The notes beneath the pieces are model-generated. The model ran no database searches. It was not told the DNA's origin and worked only from the letters and a program-made list of their open reading frames with translations. A stretch of 64,000 nucleotides of DNA from Lachnospiraceae bacterium. Lineage in GTDB: Bacteria > Bacillota > Clostridia > Lachnospirales > Lachnospiraceae. The translations under genes and the position numbers were made by a program. This document shows positions 7,361-15,884 of the stretch, piece after piece. The number at the start of each line of letters is the position of its first letter. Position 1 is the first letter of the stretch. Location of the stretch: NCBI GenBank assembly GCA_045601405.1, contig JAZRZO010000020.1:738-64737 (forward strand). Reading direction: 5' to 3'.

Positions 7361-8563
7361 ATGGCACAAATCGATGCTTATCTTAAAAGGCTTGCAGGAG
7401 AAAATGAATATTCTTATCCGGAAGATTTTCTGGAATTATATTCATCTGTAAATAATCCGGATTTACAAAAGCTTCTCGCAGCATATCATTCGCAATTGAA
7501 TGTGTGGTTTTCCACCTTAAATAACGATCTTCGATACGAATTTGATTACGAAGGAAATAGAATCAGTAAAGGAGGGTATTTTCATGCTCAAGATAGTCGA
7601 GATTTACTTTCATTAATTGAATCTATTGATAGACTTAGAAACAAATGCAATTCTACTCAATATGCATTTAGACTTTGTGTTGATGCATATGACGATGCTA
7701 TTCGAAGATGCAGGAGATTTGTCGTAAAAAGCGGCGGTAGTACTATTCCTGAGGATTTTATGCCAATAGAAATTGTTGACCTTGAGCCTGTATTTTGTTT
7801 GACAGCGAGTATTGCTATTACTTGTGACACTACCACCTTATATTCAAACTTAAAATCTATAGGAGAAGGGTCATATGCAAAAGTTTTTCGCTATAATGAA
7901 CCGAATTATGATATTCCAATCATATTAAAAAGAGCACGCCCGGAGCTTGACAATAAGGAACTTGTTCGTTTCAAGCAAGAATATGAAGTCCTAAAAAGTC
8001 TGCATTCTCCCTATATTGTTGAAGTATACGCATACAACGATTTGAAAAATGAATATACAATGGAGAGCATGGATGAAAGTATATATGACTATATTCGCAA
8101 GAACAACACAGAACTTACATTGACAGACAGGAAAAAGATTATTGCTCAAGTATGTAAAGGATTATCATATATCCATGGAAAAGGTCTCCTTCATAGGGAT
8201 ATAAGTCTTACAAATGTTTTTATTAAACACTACGATGACGTTAACGTAGTCAAAATTGGTGATTTTGGACTTGTAAAAACGCCGGAAAGTAATTTAACAA
8301 GTATCCAGTCAGAATTAAAAGGATCACTTAATGATCCAGACTTAATAAATGTCGGATTTGCAAATTATGAAATGTGTCATGAGATATTTGCTTTGACGAG
8401 ATTATGCTTTTTCATTCTTACGGGAAGAACTAACATTGAAAAGCAAAAAGATGGTGAAATTAAACGGTTTTGGAATAAAGGAACAAGTCCCAAACGAGAG
8501 GAACGGTATCACTCTGTAGATGAATTGTCAAAAGCAATTTTCGCTATAGATGAAGAAAATTAA
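7361..8563 (+). CDS. Hanks-type (eukaryotic-like) protein kinase with about 160-aa N-terminal domain of unknown type
   Basis: G-loop IGEGSYAKV (res 167-175), K190, E207, HRD 278-280, N285, DFG 301-303. RBS GGAGGA at 7350-7355. Confidence 0.85.
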   Translation: MAQIDAYLKRLAGENEYSYPEDFLELYSSVNNPDLQKLLAAYHSQLNVWFSTLNNDLRYEFDYEGNRISKGGYFHAQDSRDLLSLIESIDRLRNKCNSTQYAFRLCVDAYDDAIRRCRRFVVKSGGSTIPEDFMPIEIVDLEPVFCLTASIAITCDTTTLYSNLKSIGEGSYAKVFRYNEPNYDIPIILKRARPELDNKELVRFKQEYEVLKSLHSPYIVEVYAYNDLKNEYTMESMDESIYDYIRKNNTELTLTDRKKIIAQVCKGLSYIHGKGLLHRDISLTNVFIKHYDDVNVVKIGDFGLVKTPESNLTSIQSELKGSLNDPDLINVGFANYEMCHEIFALTRLCFFILTGRTNIEKQKDGEIKRFWNKGTSPKREERYHSVDELSKAIFAIDEEN

Positions 8564-8585
8564 TATTTCTGGAGGTAGAAAACTT

Positions 8586-9512
8586 ATGCATGGTGCAGAA
8601 ATAATCACATTTCTATCGAATAATTTTCCAACTGTTATGACTACAGTGTCTGCAGTGGCCGGTGGTTTGTTTACTGCCATCTTTATGCGTCATAATACAT
8701 CTATGACTGAATTTGAAAAAATCAAGGCGGGTCAGCTTCAAGAAGCTGCAGAAGCATTATTAAAATCAGGAAAGATGACATATACAGAATACTACAAGGC
8801 TAATAATTTTCTGGCAATAGCTAAGAAGGCAGATGAGTATTATAAAGATATGCCAACAAAAGATTCATTTGATACCTATGATTTTGACTGGTTTATAAAG
8901 TTTTATGATGCGGTTGGAAACATAAGTAACGAAGAAATGCAGGAGTTGTGGGCAAAGATACTTGCAGGAGAAATTAGTCATCCCTCAACATATTCTTTGA
9001 GGACTATCGATACACTTAAGAACCTCAGCAAGTCGGATGCCACATTGTTTGAAAAGATATGTACACATGCTATATATTCAGAGGGGAGATATTTTTTGCC
9101 GCGATATGATAAATATCTGAATAATGCTGATATAAGCTATTCAGAAATCATGCAGTTGAGTGAACTTGGCCTTATCTACAATGCTGGAACAATTGTGTTA
9201 AAGGTGAAACCACAGGATGGAATTAATATATTACTTTCAAACAATAATTTATTATTAACATACAATTTTACTGATAGTGATAAAAATGATTTCAATGTGG
9301 CGCAGTATCCGTTTACTCAAGTAGGTTATGAAATAGCCTCTCTTAAGGGTCTTTGTGCAACTGACGAAGAGTTTATTGACCTTGCAAAAGAAATAAAAAC
9401 AACTGTCCCCACCGCTGGAATAGAAGTACATAGGATTCTTCAAAGATACGAAGATCATATTCAATACGAAACAGATAACCTGATAATAGAAGACAATCTA
9501 AACAATCAATAA
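8586..9512 (+). CDS. Single-pass membrane protein with DUF2806-like domain
   Basis: The ORF track starts at 8550; I prefer ATG 8586 (GGAGG at 8571-8575). There is an N-terminal hydrophobic helix, TVMTTVSAVAGGLFTAIFM. The block WFIKFYDAVGNISNEEMQELWAKILAGEISHPSTYSLRTIDTLKNLSKSDATLFEKIC is what I recall as the DUF2806 signature (unverified). Confidence 0.55.
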   Translation: MHGAEIITFLSNNFPTVMTTVSAVAGGLFTAIFMRHNTSMTEFEKIKAGQLQEAAEALLKSGKMTYTEYYKANNFLAIAKKADEYYKDMPTKDSFDTYDFDWFIKFYDAVGNISNEEMQELWAKILAGEISHPSTYSLRTIDTLKNLSKSDATLFEKICTHAIYSEGRYFLPRYDKYLNNADISYSEIMQLSELGLIYNAGTIVLKVKPQDGINILLSNNNLLLTYNFTDSDKNDFNVAQYPFTQVGYEIASLKGLCATDEEFIDLAKEIKTTVPTAGIEVHRILQRYEDHIQYETDNLIIEDNLNNQ

Positions 9513-9519
9513 ATAAAAG

Positions 9520-9551
9520 TTACACGATATATCTTATACACTCGTGTAACC
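9520..9551 (+). terminator. Hairpin after the kinase/DUF2806-like operon (weak terminator candidate)
   Basis: GTTACACGA (9520-9528) / TCGTGTAAC (9543-9551) with a 14-nt loop. It is followed only by a short T-rich stretch, CCTCTACTTTT. Confidence 0.4.
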
Positions 9552-9704
9552 CTCTACTTTTACTACGCACCGCTTGAAGACTTCCCTCAAAACTTGTTTT
9601 TCTGTAAATCCCTAAGTGAAGCCCTCTAATGGGCGACCTCTTTTTTTGCGCCGTCGTATAATACGCCCGACAAAGCAGAGAACAGATCACGAAAGGAGTT
9701 AATA

Positions 9705-10370
9705 ATGCGTAAAGATTTAACGGAAGTTGTTTTCATTTTAGACAGGAGCGGTTCTATGAGCGGCCTGGAGTCAGATACGATCGGGGGCTTTAACTCGATG
9801 ATCGAAAAACAGAAAAAGGAAGAGGGAGAGGCATATATCTCCACCGTTCTTTTTGACGACAGGATGGAGGTCCTTTATGACAGGGTTCCTGTCGGAAAAG
9901 TTGAGCCGATGAACGACAGCCAGTATTATGTGCGGGGGTGCACGGCGCTTCTTGATGCGATAGGAGGCGCTATACATCACATCGCTAATGTTCATAAGTA
10001 CTCGAGGGAGGAGGACCGGCCGGAGAAAACTTTGTTTATCATTACGACGGATGGTATGGAAAATGCCAGCCGCAGATATGATCTTAAACAGGTGAAGAGG
10101 ATGGTAGAAAAGGAACAGAAGAAGTACGGCTGGGAGTTTCTGTTCCTGGGAGCGAATATCGACGCGGTCAAAACCGCCGGAGACTTTGGCATATGCGCAG
10201 ACAGGGCGCTCAACTATGAGTGCGACAGTGAGGGAACCCGGCTTAACTATCGTGTGGTTTCCGATATCGTTTCGGGGGTGAGATGCTCCCACAGTAAGGA
10301 TGAGATCAATATGGTGATGGAAGCATGTACCGCGCCGATAAGAGAAGACTATAACAACCGCCACAAATAA
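9705..10370 (+). CDS. von Willebrand factor A (vWA) domain protein
   Basis: MIDAS motif DRSGSM in VVFILDRSGSMSGLESDTIGGFN, followed by ...GCTALLDAIG...IITTDGMENAS. Confidence 0.8.
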   Translation: MRKDLTEVVFILDRSGSMSGLESDTIGGFNSMIEKQKKEEGEAYISTVLFDDRMEVLYDRVPVGKVEPMNDSQYYVRGCTALLDAIGGAIHHIANVHKYSREEDRPEKTLFIITTDGMENASRRYDLKQVKRMVEKEQKKYGWEFLFLGANIDAVKTAGDFGICADRALNYECDSEGTRLNYRVVSDIVSGVRCSHSKDEINMVMEACTAPIREDYNNRHK

Positions 10371-10714
10371 AGGATCAGGGGCGCGTCATCAAAACCGAAT
10401 TTATCAAGATCAACTTTCCCGTCAACCACGTCAACACCATCGGCCTCAAGCAGAGCCTGCTGTCGCCCTTTACCTCCGAAGGCAAATTCGCCTGAGAGTT
10501 CTGCTTTCAAACTAACAACACGAAAACATGGGGTGCTGTCCGGATCCGGGTTTTTATGAAGCGCGTTTCCGACGGCTCTGCTCATCCTTGGGTTGCCTGC
10601 AAGACGCGCGGTCTGCCCATATGTGGCTACATGCCCCTCGGGGATCATTCTAACGGCAGCATAGATCCGCTCAGTGAGGTTATATGAGATAAGGTCATAG
10701 CTCTCCGCTATCAT
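10349..10714 (-). CDS. MGMT-family (O6-alkylguanine-DNA alkyltransferase DNA-binding domain) protein with PCFRV site
   Basis: HVATYGQTARLAGNPRMSRAVGNALHKNPDPDSTPCFRVV. The canonical active site is PCHRV. The 3' end overlaps the convergent vWA gene by 22 nt. Confidence 0.7.
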   Translation of the reverse strand: MIAESYDLISYNLTERIYAAVRMIPEGHVATYGQTARLAGNPRMSRAVGNALHKNPDPDSTPCFRVVSLKAELSGEFAFGGKGRQQALLEADGVDVVDGKVDLDKFGFDDAPLILYLWRLL

Positions 10715-10907
10715 TCTTTTAATATCCTTGTCGGGAACAGACCCGTCCAGAATGATAGTGTTCCAGTGGTCTTTGTTCTGATGATATCCGGGAATGACGG
10801 AAGGGGAGGCTTTGTGAAAGGTGGCTGTTCTGGTGGGGATTTCGTGTTATAATCTGACTTAACTCACAAACAGTACATACAGACAAAGGGAAGATCAAGA
10901 CATCACG

Positions 10908-11399
10908 ATGAAAAGTAACACCACAAGAAATATCAAAATGATCGCGTTTGGGGGGATCGTCGCAGCCCTTTATGTGGCGCTCACCTATGCAGCAGCAGCC
11001 CTTGGCCTGGCCTCCGGAGTTATCCAGTTCCGCATTTCAGAGGCGCTTTGCATCCTGCCGGTATTTACACCGGCGGCGATCCCGGGATTGACGGTGGGCT
11101 GCCTTCTGGCAGATTTCCTGACCGGGTGCACAGCCTGGGACATTGTTTTCGGGACCCTGGCAACACTTATCGGAGCAGTCGGAACCCGGCTTCTGCGAAA
11201 AAATCGTTTTCTGGCGTGCGTTCCGCCGATAGCAAGCAACATGATCATCATTCCGCTTGTACTCCAATATGTTTACGGAGCACCGGAAAGCTATCTCTTC
11301 CTTATGCTTACAGTAGGAGCAGGAGAGGTGGTGTGCGCAGGAATACTCGCTCAGTTATTATATCAGGCGCTTCTGTCGCACAAAAATATGTTTCAATGA
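10908..11399 (+). CDS. queT: Queuosine-precursor transporter QueT (ECF-type S component)
   Basis: IAFGGIVAALYVALTYAAAALGLASGVIQFRISEALCILPVF...GLTVGCLLADFL, multi-TM, about 160 aa. Confidence 0.7.
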   Translation: MKSNTTRNIKMIAFGGIVAALYVALTYAAAALGLASGVIQFRISEALCILPVFTPAAIPGLTVGCLLADFLTGCTAWDIVFGTLATLIGAVGTRLLRKNRFLACVPPIASNMIIIPLVLQYVYGAPESYLFLMLTVGAGEVVCAGILAQLLYQALLSHKNMFQ

Positions 11400-11775
11400 T
11401 ATACAAAAGTTCAGGAAACAAAAACGCAAATACCGGCGGATGGATCATCCGGTATATAATACATAAACATGGAGGTACAGTAATGGGAGACAGAGGATCA
11501 GCTTAACACGTCTGATTACGGGATAGATAATTCGATAGAAATGGTAATGGCCGCGCTTGAGCAGGCAAAGGGAAATATTAAAGGAGTATAAAGAGGACAA
11601 CTTATCTTCCATGGCGACTGAATTGATGACGCAAGGAGTCCGGGAACATCAGCGTTTTTTTGCTTGAGCTCAATGCATGTCTTGTTTTTCTTCCGCTATT
11701 GGTTCAGCATGAATGATTCTTCAGCGGAGTGATCCCAGGTATCCCCCCCGCAACAAGGGCCGGGGCCGGCCGGGG

Positions 11776-12147
11776 TTAAAATACACTTCTTCCGTTTATG
11801 GGGCTGTGTTCTGTTACGTCATGCTCCACAACATCCCAGTGCTCGGCCAGCTTTCCGTCTTCCAGGCGGTATATATCCACCACCTTGTTGATAGAGCCGT
11901 TCGCCCGGCAGGTACACTTGAAAAATACAGCAACCTCATCTTCTGCGTTTTCAAAGATCTTTATTATCTCCATGTGAGGCTCCAGCAAAAAGAAGCGTTC
12001 CAGAAACCGTTTAAAGCCATCCATTCCATCTTCAACAGCAGCATTGTGCTGCATATAATCATCGCGCATAATACTGTCCAGTCCGGAAAGATCCTTATTG
12101 TTGAATACATCCGCGTATAATTTCTTTACAACCTCGATATTTGTCAT
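11776..12147 (-). CDS. NTF2/SnoaL-like fold protein
   Basis: NIEVVKKLYADVFNNKDLSGLDSIMRDDYMQHN...VDIYRLEDGKLAEHWDV, a typical SnoaL-like pattern. Confidence 0.65.
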   Translation of the reverse strand: MTNIEVVKKLYADVFNNKDLSGLDSIMRDDYMQHNAAVEDGMDGFKRFLERFFLLEPHMEIIKIFENAEDEVAVFFKCTCRANGSINKVVDIYRLEDGKLAEHWDVVEHDVTEHSPINGRSVF

Positions 12148-12716
12148 AGCTTTACACCTCTCAGAAAAAAATCCTGTTTATATATAACATATAAAGGTAT
12201 CCCGGCATTCTTCGCGGCCTGCTTGTCGTGCTCGGTATCACCTATATATACGGCCCGTTTAAATCCGTTGCGCTCCATTACCAGGCGGATGTTGTCCGCC
12301 TTGGAAAGGCGGGTGTTTCCCCACTTCTCCTTGTCACAGAAGTATTCCTTCATGTTCATTGAATGCAGGAATGCGTCTATATATCCGCGATGGCAGTTGC
12401 TGATAAGAGCCATATTATAACCTGCGTCAAAAAGCCGGGCTATTGTTCTTCTGACTCCCGGGAATATCGTTCCTCCGTGCTCCGATATATATTCCACCTC
12501 AAAAGAAGAGCATCTTTCAAAAAGACTTTTGCGCTGCCCGGCAGGCATTGCCTGAAGCACCATGCCGGAGATCTCGTCCATAGTCCGGCCCGTGACATTC
12601 CGGATATCCTTTGAGGTAAGGGCAGGGAGCGAAGGATCATATTCCCGCATAACGATATTCCAGGATTCCGCAACCTCATTTGCGGAATCCCAGAGTGTAC
12701 CGTCAAGATCAAACAA
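12144..12716 (-). CDS. HAD-superfamily hydrolase (start problematic, see findings)
   Basis: Motif I FDLDGTLWDS lies at the extreme N-terminus of the TTG-started ORF. GDTEHD lies near the C-terminus. Confidence 0.75.
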   Translation of the reverse strand: MFDLDGTLWDSANEVAESWNIVMREYDPSLPALTSKDIRNVTGRTMDEISGMVLQAMPAGQRKSLFERCSSFEVEYISEHGGTIFPGVRRTIARLFDAGYNMALISNCHRGYIDAFLHSMNMKEYFCDKEKWGNTRLSKADNIRLVMERNGFKRAVYIGDTEHDKQAAKNAGIPLYVIYKQDFFLRGVKL

Positions 12717-12731
12717 TAAAAAAGAGATTTT

Positions 12732-13619
12732 TCATTTAGAAGAGCCTCTGTTGCCTAATATCATAATAAGGATGCGCAACACCTTGAAATAAATGTACAG
12801 GATAGTATACGCAAGGCCCCACGCAGCCATCCATTCAAAGCTTTTGTCCATTTTATTCTGAACGCATCTGTCGATCGTGTCGAAATCAACCAGCATGAAA
12901 AGGCAGGCGATGATAACAAACACAACAGAAATGATTATGCTTACGGCAGGATTGTTCAGTGCACCCGCGATCCCGCCGAATAGAGCGGAGTTGCGTACTG
13001 CCGGGATAAGGTTAAGGATAAAGAACAATATGCCGGCAACAACTATTCCGAGGAACATCCCTGCTATGATGCCGCGGAACCTCTGAGTGACCGTGATTAT
13101 CTTTTTCGCGTATATAAAAAGCATAGAGGCCACAAGCCCGAGAGTTATAAGCATGGCAAGCAGGGAGATGAATTTATATTGCTGACTGAGAGCTATTGTT
13201 ATATAGCCGATAAGAAAGCCCTGGCTTACGCAGTAGATAGTGCCGGTTACCGGAATAGTCTTTCTGATGAACCATGCCAGGAATGGCACGATGATGCTTA
13301 TCGCAAGTATGGCTATGACGATCGGTACTTCCGCGGGACTCAGCGAAAAGTCATAGATCGAATTCTTGGAATCAATAGTATGGATAACATTTCCTGCCGA
13401 CTCTGCGCCATTCATTAAAAGCTGGTGAATGAGAAGGCACAGGAACACCCCGGCTATGGTAACGATGAGAAAGAAAACCGTTTTAGCGACGATCCCGCCG
13501 TAGGTTGCGCAGGCGGATGATTTAAAATCGCCGTTCTTCTCCATCTTTCTTAGTATGGGGTTAGCGAGATTGTTGAAAAAACCGTTTTTCTTAGGTGCTT
13601 GAGTTGTTGCGGATGCCAT
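12732..13619 (-). CDS. Multi-pass membrane protein, Bax-inhibitor-1/YccA-like (tentative)
   Basis: About 7 hydrophobic segments. The C-terminal LFMLVDFDTI block is reminiscent of BI-1-like families. Confidence 0.4.
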   Translation of the reverse strand: MASATTQAPKKNGFFNNLANPILRKMEKNGDFKSSACATYGGIVAKTVFFLIVTIAGVFLCLLIHQLLMNGAESAGNVIHTIDSKNSIYDFSLSPAEVPIVIAILAISIIVPFLAWFIRKTIPVTGTIYCVSQGFLIGYITIALSQQYKFISLLAMLITLGLVASMLFIYAKKIITVTQRFRGIIAGMFLGIVVAGILFFILNLIPAVRNSALFGGIAGALNNPAVSIIISVVFVIIACLFMLVDFDTIDRCVQNKMDKSFEWMAAWGLAYTILYIYFKVLRILIMILGNRGSSK

Positions 13620-13704
13620 TTTTAAAATCTCCTTTTCAAATTGATTTTTAAATATAATATCACAGGCCGGCAGTCTGCCTCTGTAGTATAAATATATACC
13701 GGTC

Positions 13705-14508
13705 TTAATTATTTTCGTTGCGTATTTCTACGACCGACGGATAATTGCCCGCATAGTGCCCGTTCTCATCAAACTCCTCGTCAGATGAATAGGAGAAGAC
13801 CTTGAGCACGAGGTTGCTTATCTCTACGCTGCGTGGTGTGGGGCGGAGCTTAATGGATGTGAGCAGGGTATCATCAGTAAACTCCTCCTGCGTGACATGA
13901 CTGTAGAAAGCGCCTTCCTCCTGCTGGATATCGTTATACAGCCATGCGCCCATAAATCCGCCGATACCGCTGTAGTCTCCGTCCTCGGGATAATCGCCGC
14001 TGTAGAGATCAGGGTTGTTCTCGATGTCTCCCGGTTTGAGTATTGTGATGATCTTATGCTCTCCGCCTACATCAAAGCTGAGTTCATAGCCGATCTTATA
14101 AGGAACGGGAGTTTCGTTGCCATACCAGAGATCCCTTAAAAGCTGTATCTCACTTTCATAATCCAGAGTCTCCAGATGTGAGTGAACAGCCCAGATGGTC
14201 TCCAGGTCCTCAGTGTCGGTCCATGGCTTTGATATAAGCTGCATCCTGTAAAACCTGTTGTTTTCATAGTCGTCCCCGTAAGCGTGGACGGGCTTGTCAT
14301 TCTTTATCTCGGCCTTAGTCGTGGTCTCTTCGGTTGTGGTTTCTGTCAGGGATGTTGTTTCTGTCTCTGCTTTTTTATTTTTTTTGTTGCAGCTTATCAA
14401 TATAACTATAACAGCGATGATGAGCGCCACCAGAACAGCAGAAGCAATGAGTCTGTTCCGGATCACTCTTTTTCTTTCCTTTTCGCGTAATTGTGTTCTT
14501 CTGTCCAA
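13705..14508 (-). CDS. Membrane-anchored extracellular protein of unknown function
   Basis: Basic N-tail, one TM (LIASAVLVALIIAVIVILI), a Thr/Glu-rich linker (TETTSLTETTTEETTT), then an acidic globular domain. Confidence 0.5.
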   Translation of the reverse strand: MDRRTQLREKERKRVIRNRLIASAVLVALIIAVIVILISCNKKNKKAETETTSLTETTTEETTTKAEIKNDKPVHAYGDDYENNRFYRMQLISKPWTDTEDLETIWAVHSHLETLDYESEIQLLRDLWYGNETPVPYKIGYELSFDVGGEHKIITILKPGDIENNPDLYSGDYPEDGDYSGIGGFMGAWLYNDIQQEEGAFYSHVTQEEFTDDTLLTSIKLRPTPRSVEISNLVLKVFSYSSDEEFDENGHYAGNYPSVVEIRNENN

Positions 14509-14688
14509 TGTAACGGCCTCCTTTCAGGATTATCAGGTATAAGCCAAAAATGTTTGGGTCGGCTGTACTTCGAAAGTGATTTTACCACATATATGTGTCT
14601 AAAGGATAATTTATCTTTAAAAACATTATATTGACACAGAGCATTAATAAAAAGATACTATAAACATCATATTGAAAAGGGAAAGAAC

Positions 14689-15879
14689 ATGAAATACAGA
14701 AAAGACAAATATGGCAGCGATCTTTCCGTTCTGGGGTTCGGCTGCATGCGTTTTACCAGAAAGAGCGGAAATATAGACATTCAAAAAGCGGAAAAAGAGA
14801 TAATGGCCGCGTACAATGCCGGCGTGAATTATTATGACACCGCGTATATATATCCCGGCAGCGAGGCAGCAGTAGGTGAGATCTTTGAAAGAAACAATAT
14901 CAGGGATAAGATAAAGATAGCTACAAAGCTGCCCCAGTACCTCATAGGCAGCCGGGCTGCGATAGACAGGTACTTTGATGAGCAGCTGAAAAGACTCAGA
15001 ACGGACTATGTTGACTATTATCTGATGCACCACATGACCGATGTGGCAATGTGGGAAAAACTGAAAGCCATAGGCATCCTTGAGTGGATAGAGGCTAAAA
15101 AGGCGGCCGGCCAAATAAAGAACATAGGCTTTTCATATCACGGAAACACCGATAATTTCCTTAAGATATTAAATGACTATGACTGGGATATGTGCCAGAT
15201 CCAATACAATTATCTGGACGAGGTGAGTCAGGCGGGCGTTGACGGGCTTAAGGCGGCAGCCGCAAAGAGTATTCCGGTTGTGATAATGGAGCCTTTGCGC
15301 GGAGGAAAGCTGGTTGATCTTCTTCCGAAGGACGCTAAAGAGCTCATAAAGCAGAACGAAAGAGGATGGACTCCGGCAGGCTGGGCCTTCAGATGGCTTT
15401 ATAACCAGCCTGAGGTGACGGTGGTGCTTTCCGGAATGAATTCTTCCGAAATGGTGGAGGAAAACTGCAATACTGCATCCGAAATGGAGGCGGGCAGCTT
15501 TACAGAGGAAGACTTTAAGCTCATAGAAGAGGTTAAGGAAAAAATAAAAAGAAATGAAAAAGTAGGCTGCACGGGATGCAGATACTGCATGCCGTGTCCT
15601 AAGGGGGTGGATATCCCCGGAAACTTCCGGTGCTATAATGCCATGTATATAGAGGGGAAAGCGGATGCGAGAAAGCAGTTCGCCCAGACGGTGGGCCTCA
15701 CTAAAGAGCCATCCTTTGCATCGCAGTGTGTGGGCTGCGGCAAGTGTGAACAGCATTGCCCGCAGAACATCCCTATCAGAGAGAAATTAAAGGAGGCGGA
15801 CAGAGCGCTTCGCCCGCTCCCGTACAGGATAGGTATAAATATAGCCCGCTCATTTATGTTCCGGAGATCAGGAAGATAA
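14689..15879 (+). CDS. Aldo/keto reductase fused to C-terminal 4Fe-4S ferredoxin-type domain
   Basis: LSVLGFGCMRF...YYDTAYIYPGSE at the N-terminus. The C-terminus carries CTGCRYCMPCP and CVGCGKCEQHCP cysteine clusters. Confidence 0.8.
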   Translation: MKYRKDKYGSDLSVLGFGCMRFTRKSGNIDIQKAEKEIMAAYNAGVNYYDTAYIYPGSEAAVGEIFERNNIRDKIKIATKLPQYLIGSRAAIDRYFDEQLKRLRTDYVDYYLMHHMTDVAMWEKLKAIGILEWIEAKKAAGQIKNIGFSYHGNTDNFLKILNDYDWDMCQIQYNYLDEVSQAGVDGLKAAAAKSIPVVIMEPLRGGKLVDLLPKDAKELIKQNERGWTPAGWAFRWLYNQPEVTVVLSGMNSSEMVEENCNTASEMEAGSFTEEDFKLIEEVKEKIKRNEKVGCTGCRYCMPCPKGVDIPGNFRCYNAMYIEGKADARKQFAQTVGLTKEPSFASQCVGCGKCEQHCPQNIPIREKLKEADRALRPLPYRIGINIARSFMFRRSGR

Positions 15880-15884
15880 AGGGA

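Noticed and set aside
9705-10370. Idea that the vWA protein forms a TerY-P-like triad with the upstream kinase
   Set aside because: No PP2C phosphatase is present. About 190 nt and a hairpin separate the genes, and the GC content jumps between them. The vWA gene therefore appears to be chromosomal flank rather than island cargo. The link remains conceivable but is unsupported.
10349-10370. Convergent gene overlaps (vWA/MGMT by 22 nt; asnB-like/aminotransferase by 8 nt at 20013-20020)
   Set aside because: The overlaps are real in the sequence but common in compact genomes. I have no basis for a special function.
10715-10907. Looked for a preQ1 riboswitch upstream of queT
   Set aside because: A plausible -10 (TGTTATAAT near 10845-10853) exists. 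However, I could not find the short P1 stem plus the A-rich tail/pseudoknot of preQ1-I, or a preQ1-II-like element. A covariance-model search would be needed before claiming presence or absence.
11400-11775. 376-nt gap between queT and the convergent NTF2-like gene, examined for small genes or ncRNA
   Set aside because: It holds only tiny ORFs of 7 and 16 codons, a weak hairpin (ATACCGG...CCGGTAT) and a GC-rich tract. Nothing here is something I can support.
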